Below, piece by piece: positions 35,950-48,100 of a stretch of 64,000 nt of DNA. The first letter of the stretch is position 1. Each line of letters starts with the position of its first letter. A program made the position numbers and the translations under genes. The notes below the pieces were generated by a model. The model worked only from the letters and a program-made list of their open reading frames with translations. It did not search any database and was not told the DNA's origin. The DNA lies in assembly GCF_009834535.1 (NCBI RefSeq), contig NC_045697.1:110734001-110798000 (forward strand), read 5' to 3'. This DNA comes from Camelus ferus (lineage: Eukaryota).

Positions 35950-38900
35950 TTTGCTTTTTTATTATAACAAGAACATTTAGTATGTTCTTTTAACAAAATT
36001 TTAAGTGGACAATATAGTATTGGTAACTGTAGGCATGATGTTGTACAGCAGATCTTTAAACTTACTTATCCTGTAAAACTGAAACTTTACAGGAATAGAA
36101 GAGCAACTCCCCACTTCCCCTTCCCCGCCATTCTACCCTCTGCTTCTATGAGTTCAACTGTATATTAGATGCCTCATTTAAGTGGAATTATATAGCACTT
36201 GTTCTTCAATGACTGACATTTCATTTAGCATAATGTCTTCTAGGTTCACCATGTTGTTGCATATTGCAGGATTTCCTTCTTTTTTAAAGCTGAATAATCA
36301 TTTAGGTTGTTTCTGCATTTTGGCTATTGTGAATAGTGCTGCAATGAACATGATAGTGCAAATATCTCTTTGAGATCCTGATTTCAAATATTTTGGATAA
36401 ATACCCAGAAGTGGAATTGCTGGATCCAACAGACTCCATACATACACACACACAAACAATTGTTGGAACTAATAGACATATTCAGTAAAGCTGCAGAATA
36501 CAAAATTGACATACAAAAATCAGCTGTGTTTCTGTATGCTAACAATGGATTACGTGAAAAGGAAACTAAGAAAACTCTCTCTTTTAAAATAACATTACAA
36601 AGAATACAAAATAGCACCCAAAGTAATAAAATACCTAGGAATAAATCTAACCAAGGAGGTGAAAGAATTATACACAGAAAAGTATAAACCACTGATGAGG
36701 GAAATTAAAGAAGACTTTAAAAAATGGAAAGATATCCCATGCTCTTGGATTGGAAGAATCAAAATTGTTAAAATGGTCACACTGCCCAAGGCAACCTACA
36801 GATTTAATGCAATCCCTATCAAATTACCCAGGACATATTTCACAGAACTAGAACAAATCATAATAAAACTTATATGGAACCATCAAAGACCTAGAATTGT
36901 CAAAGCATCACTGAAGAGAAAGAAAGAGGCTGGAGGAATAACTCTCCCAGACTTCAGACAATACTATAGAGCTACAGTCATCAAGACAGCATGGTATTGG
37001 TACAAAAACAGACATATAGACCAATGGAACAGAGTAGAGAGCCCAGAAATGAAGCCACAAACTTTTGGTCAACTCATCTTCAACAAAGGAGGCAAGAATA
37101 TACAATGGAATAAAGACAGCCTCTTCAGCAAATGGTGTTGGGAAAACTGGACAGCAGCATGTAAAACAATGAAGCTAGAACACTCCCTTATCATCATATA
37201 CAAAAATAAACTCAAAATGGATCAAAGACTTAAACATAAGACAAGATACAATAAACCTCCTAGAGGAAAATATAGGAATATAGGCAAAACATTATCTGAC
37301 ATACATCTCAAAAATTCTCTCCTAGAAGAAATAAAAGCAAGAATAAACAAATGGGACCTAATGAAACTTATAAGCTTCTGCACAGCAAGGGAAACCATAA
37401 GTAAAACAAAAAAACAACCTACGGAATGGGAGAAAATCTTTGCAAATGAAACCGACGAAGGCTTGATCTCCAGAATATATAAGCAGCTCATATGACTTAA
37501 TAAGAAACAACCAAACAACCCAATCCAAAAATGGGCAAAAGACCTGAAAAAGCAATTCTCCAAGGAAGATATACGAATGATCAATAGGCACATGAAAAAA
37601 TGCTCAATATCACTAATTATTAGAGAAATGCAAATCAAAACTACAATGAGGTATCACCTCACACCAGTCAGAATGCCCATCATTCAAAAATCCACAAGTG
37701 ACAAATGCTGGAGAGGCTGTGGAGAAAGGGGAACCCTCCTACACTGCTGGTAGGAATGCAGTTTGATGCAGCCACTGTGGAAAACAGTATGGAGATTCCT
37801 CAAAAGACTAGGAATAGACCTACTGTATGACCCAGGAATCCCGCTCCTGGGCATATATCCAGAAGGAACCCTACTTCAGGATGACACCTGCACCCCAATG
37901 TTCATAGCAGCACTATTTACAATAGCCAAGACGTGGAAACAGCCTAAATGTCCATCAACAGATGGCTGGATAAAGAAGTGGTGGTATATTTATACAATGG
38001 AATACTATTCAGCCATAAAAACCGACAACATAACACCATTTGCAGCAACATGGATGCTCCTGGAGAATGTCATTCTAAGTGAAGTAAGCCAGAAAGAGAA
38101 AGAAAAACACCATATGAGATCGCTCATATGTGGAATCTAAAAAACAAAAACAAAAACAAAAAAACAAAGCATAAATACAAAACAGAAATAGACCCATAGA
38201 CATAGAATACAAACTTGTGGTTGCCAAGGGGATGGAGGGTGGGAAGGGATAGACGGGATTTTAAAATTGTAGACTAGATAAACAATATTATACTGTATAT
38301 CACAGGGAGATATACACAAGATCTTATGGTAGCTCACAGAGAAAAAAATGTGACAATGAGTGTGTATATGTTCACATATAACTGAAAAACTGTGCTCTAC
38401 ACTGGAATTTGACACAACATTGTAAAATGATTATAAATCAATAAAAAATGTTTAAAAAAAGCATCAGATTTAAACTTGTTTCAGTAGTTACACATTCCAG
38501 ATGTGTACATTTATTACTTGCTTATTAATAAATATGGATTTGGAATTAACTGAAAAAAAATTACAAAGAATGAAATACTTAGAAGTAAACTTAATTGAGG
38601 AGGTAAAACAACTGTACACTAAAAACTACAAATAAATAATAAAACAAATTAAAGAAGACACAAATAAATGCAAGCATATCTTATGCTCATGGTTTCTTAA
38701 AATGCCCATACTACTGAAAGTGTTTGATCTATACATTCAATGCAGTTCCTATCCAAATCACAATAGCGCTTTTTACAGTAATAGAAAGAACAATTCTAAA
38801 ATTCATATAGAAACACAAAGGACGCCAAACAGCCAAAACAATCTTGAGAAAGAAGAACAAAGCTGGAGACATATCACACTTCCTGATTTCAAAATATATT

Positions 38901-39120
38901 ACAAAGTTACAGTAATTATAACAGCATGGTATTGGCATGAAGACAGATATATAAACCAATGGAACAGAATATAGAGACCAGAAATAAACCCCTGCATACA
39001 AGATCAACTGATATTTCGCAAGCGTGAAAACACAGAAGAAAACACAGGGGGAAATCTCATAACATTGCTCTAGACAACAGTTTCTTGGATATGACACCAA
39101 AAGCACAGGCAACAAAACAA
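35950..39120. mobile_element. Older LINE-1 with inverted structure (minus 35950-36427; plus 36430-36605 and 38572-39120), split by a younger L1
   Basis: Antisense 3' end, then sense ORF2 remnants ([41 protein letters not shown]) that continue across the nested insertion. Confidence 0.75.
36606..38460 (+). mobile_element. Young LINE-1, 5'-truncated (~1.85 kb of ORF2 C-terminal half plus 3' UTR), disrupted
   Basis: ORFs 36659..37495 and 37763..38140 are L1 ORF2p; poly(A) signal and A-run at ~38440-38460; 12-bp TSD attacaaagaat at 36594-36605 and 38560-38571. Confidence 0.96.
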
Positions 39121-39409
39121 TTTATTTAATATGCTATCCCTGGCTGTTGATAATCTGATCACTAAATAAACTTTTAAACAGCATCTTCTGTCCATTTCTT
39201 CACAATTCTGTAACCATTCCAAATTAGGAGTCATTTTTTAACATCCACCATCTTGATTCATACTTGAGGCAGATGTGGTTGGGTCTATTCCAACAATTAT
39301 ACTCCCTACTCCACCTCTCTTACTAGCAGAGTCAACTCTGTTCTGGATTCACCTTCTGGAGATATGTGGTCAGGGGAGGAGACTCTCCCCCACTAAAAAG
39401 AAATATGAT

Positions 39410-39730
39410 TGATCAGCAAAATGTTTCTGTAAAGGGCCAGATAGTGTTTTAGGCTTTGTGAGCAAAGAGGGTAATTCAAGGATATTATGCAAGTACTTAC
39501 ATAAAAAGAGAAAAAACACATTTTTAAAATGTTTATTAATGAAACTCTAAGTATAATCGTAATAATTGACTACAGTTTAATACAGATCTATTAATAAAAG
39601 GAATGGAATTTGTTTCTGGGAGGACAGCATTTTGCTTAATTGGGGGTTAAAGTTAGTTTTCCCTATTATCAACTCAGTTGCAAATATTAGTTTGAAGAAT
39701 CTCTTACTTCATGGACCAGATTTAGCCTGA
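39410..39730. mobile_element. MER58-like hAT relic, probably nested in an MLT1-type LTR (~39270-40180)
   Basis: cagcaaa...ttctgtaaagggccagatag...ttttaggctttgtg and ggaccagatttagcctg termini. Confidence 0.55.
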
Positions 39731-42339
39731 GAACTGGTCTAAACAAAACTAATTCTTTTAACCAGAAATTGGTTTAGACATGGGCATATTACCTATCCCA
39801 AGCCAATGAGAGTGAGAAAAGTCTACCTGGTGCTTTTGGAAAAATGGATCCTCAATTTAAAAAAAAAGAATAAAGAAAAAGAAAAAAAGAGGTCCACAGG
39901 AGAGAATATCCCCTTTCTTTGGTGGACAGGAGGTGTCTGCATGTGACATCTTGAGCTATTACTGCTATCTTTTGAACTTGATAATCTACTGAAAAGGACA
40001 AAATAAAAAGATGGAAAGGATATGGAATATGATGCAATTATTGTGCAGTTGAATTAGCCAACCCTGGGGCCATCCTGCTTCTAAATCTTCCTGTAATGTG
40101 AAAAAAAAGTCATTATTTTTTAGTTCTGTACAATCATATTTTCTGTTACTCACGGCTCAAATCTCTCTAACTGATCCAATACCTCTATTCCTGGTATCAA
40201 AAATGAACTTTCCCCTGTCATTTGAATAAACCCCTATTCTTTCTTCATAAATGTTTGAATAACATTGATCTTTTTCATTAGTCTTCACTGACCGTTGCTG
40301 ATTTCCCCAACCTTAGATGTAGTTGATCACTGTATTGTTGGTGCTCCATAGCACTTGGCACGATAACTCTTTTGTTCTTATATTTCTGTATTGTGATTTT
40401 TTTGTATACGTCTCTGCCTGACATCTAACTTTCTTCTTCTTAGACTAAGAATAGCTCTAGTCCAGGAACTTGCTTTTTATTTAATTCCTCACACTTAGCA
40501 TAGAATCCAGCACAAAATATATCCTTGATTAATAAGCTCATGAAATAATAAGTAAATAAAGGAACGAATCATAGGTAGTACCTACCTTCAAGATAAAGCA
40601 GTAGAGATGGTAAGATGGACATTTGAATGATGATCTATGAATCACTTCCGATGTTGGAAATGAAAAATGATGTGTTCTGTTCCTTCGCTGTTTTTATAAG
40701 ATTTCTAGTTAACAGCGTCTGCCTAGATTTCTGGCCATTCTTTTTATAAGATCCAAGAAGCTGATATTATGCCAATGTACTGACAGCTCCAAAGTTCTTA
40801 GCTTTACCAATACCGTCTTTGTCATGATAAGAGTCTGCTCTATTTTTCTCACTTTCCTTTCCTAAAATGATGGTATTGAGAAGTTTCTAAGTCTGGATTG
40901 TCATCCTTATTCAGATATTATGCAATAGGACAACCATCTGCCTGTTACTTGCCTTTCTGTGCTTCTCATCTGAGCAGATCATTCCAAGACTTACATGAAG
41001 TCCTTAGCAAGATGACCAAGGTATGTTTTGTCTTGCTACAAATTACTCTCGGTTGTGCTTAGCATTACCATGAACGATGTTCTAAAGATAAGCAGCACTC
41101 CCTTGCCGGCGCTGAAAGGTGCTCGAGCTCAGTGGGTTAGAATTGGCGGTGGCCACCCTGGGGGAGGGGACGGGGCACAGAGGCAGCCATTAGAGGAAAT
41201 GTACTTGTGAAGTGCACAATCATCTGGATGCATTTGACACGTCATTGCCCCAATTTGCTGACCTCTAGTACAGGTTACAAATGAGATCCGCCTCCACACA
41301 TTCCCTGAATAAAAATTTTTACAAAGCTTTAATAATACACATTGACTTCTTTCAAAAAATAGCATAATTTTCCAGATGGTATTGACATTAGAGAAATACA
41401 TCATTCTCCACTGCTTTATGATATTAAAAAGTATTCACACAAAAAGTGATTAAAAGTTTTAATCTCTGTGATTTAAAAAATATTATAATATTCAACTTTT
41501 TCATATTTTACTATTGGAGAGTCACATATGGAAGGATGATTTCTGTACAGAACTTTTTATGTTAGCAGCAGAATTCATTCTTCTGCTCAGAAACTTCCAG
41601 TGTTTTCTGTTGGTTCAAATATCTCAATCTGGGATTCAAGTGCCTCTAGAAATTAGCCATAACTTCATTTGAGTTAATTTTTCTTAGCTCCCTACAGAAC
41701 CATATATCCAGCTATCCACTGTTAATCTTCAGTGGAATGTCCCACAAGCATTTCAGACTCAACATGTGCAAAATTTGACTGGTAGCCCCCAGAATTCATT
41801 CTCCGTTCTATTACCATGTCTCAGTTAATTAAACTCTCTGACCATCCTGTTATCCAAAGGCCCTAAAATAATAGCAGCTTAATTGAGAACCAGGGACATT
41901 ATTAACGTTATTTCATTTGAATCGTAAGATATATCTGTGAAGTTTTATTATCCATGTATATATGAGGATTGAGACTTAGCCAGGTTAAAAAATTTCCCTC
42001 ACAGCTAGAAAACAGAATGGCTGGGATTTGAATCCGTTTTACCCTCAAGCCTCTGTTCACGATGGCTACGCTGAATTAGAATCCCTGAATCACTGTTTCC
42101 TTCATCCTCACAGAAATCAACCCTGTCTCTTTAGTATCTTTTTGTATTGACTCCCCACAAAGGAGTCAGTGACAACGTCAGGGCTGATACGCTAGCCTGT
42201 TGACCTGAACTATGTACAGAAGACAGTGTATGTGAACCAGATAGAGGGACAGGATGAGCTGCTGCCTAAATGCTTTTGATGGTATGTGAGGCAGAAGTAT
42301 GTTTCTTAAAATCAAGTGTCTGCCTGAGAAGAGCAGATT

Positions 42340-42550
42340 TTTATGATTATTAGAGCTACAGTCTGACCTAAACCTGGATCCCAACTCAATTGCTTATGGA
42401 GTCCTTGACAAATAGCTTACCCCTGACCTCAAATTCTTTATCTGTGAAATAGATCAAATGAAACAACACATGTCAATTACCAAGCACAATAATACCTTCA
42501 GTAGGTGCGTGTAGAAAGCGCTCAACAAACATTTGTTAAATGAAAAAATA
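42340..42550 (+). mobile_element. MIR SINE
   Basis: cctggatcccaactc...ccttgacaa...ctcaaattctttatctgtgaaat...gcgctcaacaaacatttgtt; an opposite-strand MIR lies at ~41870-42070. Confidence 0.55.
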
Positions 42551-42869
42551 AATTAAGTGTTTGAGACATTTCTGTATTCTTAGCAGAAATATATTTTTAT
42601 CTGGGTTGATTTGGGTTGATTTTTTTGTTTGTTTCTTTTAATTTAATAATTCCCAACAATTTGTCTTATTTATCACTACATAATAAGCCACCCTAAGACA
42701 TACTGGCTTAAATAACAATTTGTTATTATTCTATCTCACAATTTTTTAGGTCAGAAATTTGAACAGATCACACAAAGTATGGCCCATCTCTGCTCCGTAA
42801 TGTCTAGGCCCTCAGTGGGGCTGACACAAAGGCTGGTGGTTGCTGGACAGCTCAGAGCCGTCTCACTAA

Positions 42870-45170
42870 TTGTTCTATTTGTTCCTTTTGTCTTTACGAC
42901 ACTTTCTTGATCTTATTTTGATTAATTGAGTTTTTTATGATTCCATTTTATCTCCATAAGTGATTTATTATAATGTTCTAAAATTTAAAATATGCTTTCT
43001 AAATTAATCAATCTCCCTTTAAACATTATACCACTTCATGTGTAGCATAAAGATCTTGAAGCAGCATATTCTCAATTCTTCTCTCCCATCCTTTGTGCTA
43101 TGGATAACAATTTACTTTACTTTTTGTTGTAAACACAAACTACTTCGCTATTATTTCTGCTTTGGACTGTCTATTATTTTTCAGATTTGTTTAACCTAAG
43201 ACATACAACTTTATTTCATCTTTATTCTTGTCCAGCCCTCTGCATTTCTTTATATAGGTCCAAGTTTCTATTTCATAATGTATTTCTTTTCTTTGAAAGT
43301 CTGTATTAAACTTTTCTTGTTTAAATTAACACAACATTGTAAACCAACCATACTTCAATTAAAAAAAACTTTTCTTATTTAACACCGCTGTAGAATTATA
43401 CAAAATGCTGACTATACAGTTATGAGTTGACAGCTCTGTTTTATTCTTTAGTACATCACAGATACCATTTCATTGTCTTAATGCTTTCATGATTTCTCGT
43501 GAGAATTCAGCTATATTTTTTAGTTTTATTCCTCTGCATGTCATCAAGATTTTCTTTTTGACTTTTGTTTTCAATAGTTTGAATATGACATGTCTATGTA
43601 TGTGGCTATGTTTTGTTCTGTTTTGTTTGGTTTTTGTGTTTTGGTCTTTTCCTGCTGTTGTTCTTTGAGTTTTTGAATCTGCTCTTTGGCATATGCTATT
43701 AACTTTAGAAAATTCTCAGTCATCAATTTTTCATTAGTATTAAGAAGATTTCTTCTGCCAAGTTCTATCTCTCTTTTCCTTCTGGAATTCTGCATGTATG
43801 TTATACTGCTTAATCCTATCCCAGTGCTGTGGATGCTCTGTTCTGTTTTTGCTCACTCTTTCTCCTCTTTATGCTTAGTTTGGGTAAATTCTATTGGCCT
43901 ATTTCCAAGTTCACTTACACCCTCCCTGGCTGTGTTGTGTATACTTGTGAACAGAGTAGAAACATTCTTTGTTACTGTTTTTCTCATTTGATCTCTCATT
44001 TCCATTTGATCATTTCTCAGTGTTCCCATCTCTCTGCTGAAGTTATCCATTTGATTTTGCATGTGACCTACCATTTCTTTTAGAGCCATAAACATATTGG
44101 TCATAGTGATTTTAATTTTCCTATTACATACTTTTGACACCTGTGTCATATTTGAGCTTGGTTCTGATGATTGTTTTATTTCTTGGAAGTGTGTTTTTCA
44201 TTTTATATGTGTGTATATATATGGAAATGGGCACACTTGGAAATGGGCACACTTTTCCATCTGCTAGGTCTTTAGTATAGGGGTTTGAATGGAAGCTGGG
44301 CTAGCTTTGAGGCTTGTAGTTACTATGGTTCAACCGAAAGCACCCTTTGAATTTCTATAGTGATACCTTTTGTGTAGAATGAGGACAGATTCAGCACATT
44401 CATATTTGTGCCGCCCATGGCTTTAGCTGCACCTCAGAGACGGTGTCTTTGCACACTGTTGTTCCCTGGAGCTGTTGGACCGATGGTGGCAGCTGTTCTC
44501 TGTCCGAAGCCTCAGACGCAGCAGGAACCGTGTCCCTGGGTGTCAGAAGTGTGATCCTCTCCATTCTTCTGCCCCTTTCCCGGCTATGTGGGCCCCGCGT
44601 GTATTCCTGCCCCTCCCTGGGAGTGTGGACTTCCTGTTCCCTCCCCTCAGTGCTCTAGGGTGAAACGGTTTGTCTCCCTCCTGCAGGCGTGGGTTCCTTA
44701 TGAGGAGATGGGGACAGGGTCAAGGGCCGCGTCTTGGCGCTCCTCCACAGGTGCTAGTCCCCACCCTCAGGGCTGCACTAAACCAACACATTCTTCAGGC
44801 TCTCCAGGCTTTTTCTGTGATTACATGGTGGGATTCGTGGAGAAGATTCAGAAAGAGGGTGTGGACTGCTCCCATTTCTCTAGCTCCCAAGGGTTCATCA
44901 CTGCCCTGCCGGTATGCTGTGGGCCTTCACCAATGTGTCAACTGTTATGGTTGAGTTCTCCCTATTAGTGTCCAGCAGCTTCTAGTAAGTGAGTGCTTGC
45001 ATATCCTCTCTCCCTGAGGATGCCTGTCTTTCCTTAGAGTTTGGGCAGTTAGCTGTTTCACAACCTCAGTTCTCTAATAGATGATAAAAGTCATGAACTT
45101 GAAGTTATTTCAGTTTCTTTTTTAATAAAGATGGAAGTGATATTTTTTCCTGCACTCTACATTCTGGGGA
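42870..45170 (-). mobile_element. Ancient LINE-1 5' UTR/ORF1 region
   Basis: ORF 43853..44149 (KITMTNMFMALKEMVGHMQNQMDNFSREM...VSELGNRPIEFTQ) resembles the L1 ORF1p coiled coil; GC-richer 5' UTR-like segment at 44400-45060. Confidence 0.7.
43325..43365 (+). mobile_element. 41-bp extreme 3' L1 tail insertion
   Basis: attaacacaacattgtaaaccaaccatacttcaattaaaaa flanked by a 17-bp TSD aaacttttctt(g/a)tttaa (43308-43324 and 43366-43382). Confidence 0.85.
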
Positions 45171-48100
45171 AGGTTCTAGAAGTCTTTAATGAGATACTTT
45201 ACTTTCTTTTTTCAAATGACAAACTTTCCAAATTGGTGAGTATTTTTTACTTACAGCACATCTCAGTTTGGGTTATTCATATTTCAAGTGCACAACAGCC
45301 ATGTGCCATTAGGGCTTCCATATTGGACAACACAGCCCTAAACTTACAGCTATGGGATATTGTACACATAATAGCCATGATGTGTATCTTTTAAAACTAA
45401 GTTACTGGACTTTGTCTTGTGAGCAGTGAAAAGTTTATATTTTGTTTTTTTTCATGATTTTTTATTATTATTCTTAGTATTTTCTAAGTGATTATTCAAT
45501 CTGAGCATAGAAGAAAGCCAAGTGTTGTATTATCTTAAATATATACCTTACTGTCACTACTTTTTTTGTAAACTGGAAGCTATTGAGAGCATTAATGGTA
45601 ATAGTTGAGATGAAAATTTGCTAAATTTGGTCAACAGAACATCCTCTGGCACATATTTTGGTACCCCTCTTTAAGCCTAGCTGAGTTGCTATATTGCAGT
45701 ATTTTTGGAATGATATATAAACATCCTCAGCTTCATCATTCTGAGATCCTTATTACTATTCAACACCAAAATAACAATATTTAAATCCACTAGAAGCAAG
45801 TTGTAAAATATTATGAATCAACTCATTTTCTTGAATAGCAACACCAACCAAAAATCCTTTAACAAATTCATGAGTTTTGATTTATGCCAGATGTATAAAT
45901 GAGAACTAGAATGTCTAATGTAGAATTTAAATAGAAATGCCGAGGAAGTCTATAATGGCAGAGACATAACATGTCTTAACAGTTTATTTTATTAAATTCA
46001 TTATTTTCCCAGAAAAAGTACATTCTTTCAGACCGTTTACTTTTGTGACATTTGTAACTCTGATCTCAAAACCTATCCAGTTGTAATAAATCTTTGTTCC
46101 TTCCACTTCTTGTATCGTACTGTTTCCTGACTTCATCTGTTTCACTATGAGATACATTCTGATTAAGACAAATTATTTCAGGAAATCAGTTCTAATGTTT
46201 CTCTCATTCCCTTTCTCTCCCTCTGCCTGGATATATTCTAAATTCTGCTATTCTTGTGGTCAATAATGGCATTTTTTTTTTTACGTGGATATTTGCAAGG
46301 ATCCTATAAAGACAAAAGCATGTATGATTTTTTTCACAAAATAACTATGAATGCAATATAGTTGAAAAATTAATAGTTAAATTTTGAGATAGCTGTGAAT
46401 TGTAGAAAGGCTGAAATAAGTCAACACAACTGGCTGTAAATGTTCACATTAACGTTTGTCTGTAACATTCCCCCCTAGTAGCTCAGCTGGAAGGTCAATC
46501 AATGTGAATTTACATGAAATGTTTAGGTTGCTAGTTTGTGCTGATTAGTTAACATGATGATGTAGTGTGACTAAGGGTTACCATTTCTTCTGTCTTTTCC
46601 TGTGTTTCCTAAGACCACCATACATAAATGTGCATGACTAAACTTTGTTGGTTATGATTTCTTATAGTTTTGGTAGAATGGTGCAGGTCTGTTGGAGTTG
46701 GTTTAAAGAGAGACTAATAGGGGAAATGGAGGAAAAAATACCAATAACTCTTGAGAAAGTTTGTTTAAAACCAAGCTCACCCTTCCTGTTTCTGGAAAAC
46801 AATGGAGCATTAGCTATGGGGAAAAAATGGAGTCAAAGAGTTTTTTCAAAAAATAAGAGATAAAAGGGCATCTTAGCACACTAATGAGAATGATCCAGGA
46901 GAGAGAGAGCACAGGAAGAGGAGAATTACTGAAGAAGTTGAGAGTAGACGGGATGAGGTGAACATGTGGACAGACTAGCTTGAGACAGAGCTTGGAGAAC
47001 ACAACCAGGCTAAAAGTGGGAGGACGGAAGATACGAGTGCAGAGGCTGGTAGGTGAGTAGTTATGTGCAGTTTGGGGAGTTAGGACTTGTCCTCTGATTA
47101 CTTCCATTTCTCAGTGACTCAGAAAAAAGGTCATCAGCTGAGAGTGAGGATGGGGGAGACAGATGTAGGTGGTTGACAATGAAGGAGAAGTCATGAAATA
47201 GACATCTAGAAAAGAAGGAGAGTGAACGGACAAGGGATGGTTTGTAGTATTACAGATCCTTAGCAATAAAGCCCATATCTAATTCAACTTCAAACCACGT
47301 AAGTTTTACCTCATAAATCTTTCTCAAATTCATCTACTTCTCTCCATTTCCACTGCCACCTAAACTGTTAAGAAGGCTCCCAGTAGGCCTTATACACATT
47401 CACCCTTGCTCCTCCTGAATCCATTTTTTCACTGCAGCCAGTGGCATCTTTTTAAGTGCAGCTTTGTTCATGTTACTGTCTGTTTAAAACTCTCCAAGAC
47501 CCCTGGGGATGGAAACAGCCCTTCCTAGAGCAGCTTCCCTTGACTTCTACCTCCCTCACACATAGTGGCTCTAGAATCATGGCTTTTTTACAGTTTCTCT
47601 AAAGAGCAGTGTGTCATCCTACAGGGCTTCATAAATGCTGCACGGAAAATCCTTCTCTTCTCTCTTTGCCTATTTTCTTCCACTTTTCCCTTCATATTTC
47701 AGTTGAATCATCATTTTCTCAAAGGAATCATCCCTGTTCTTTAACTAATTCATCTTCCCTGTTATATGCTTTGACAGTGTCATGTCATAGTGATTTTAAA
47801 TTCATTTGTGGGATCATTTGATTTACTATGATCTCCAACAGACTGAGAATTTCCAAGAGGGTTATTTAGCACTGTGCTTGCTTTTTGTTTTTAATACAGA
47901 CTGCACTTGCTTTCGCTCACCAGTGTATCCCTAAATACTTAGCACAGAGTGTCTGGCACGCAATAGACCTAAATAAGTATTTTTAAAATTAATTTCAACT
48001 GAGTAAATCTAATGAGTACCAATTATTAAAAATACACTATATCTAAAATTCTGAGCGACTTTCTTTGTAAGATTTATTTAATCTTTATAAAGACTTATAA

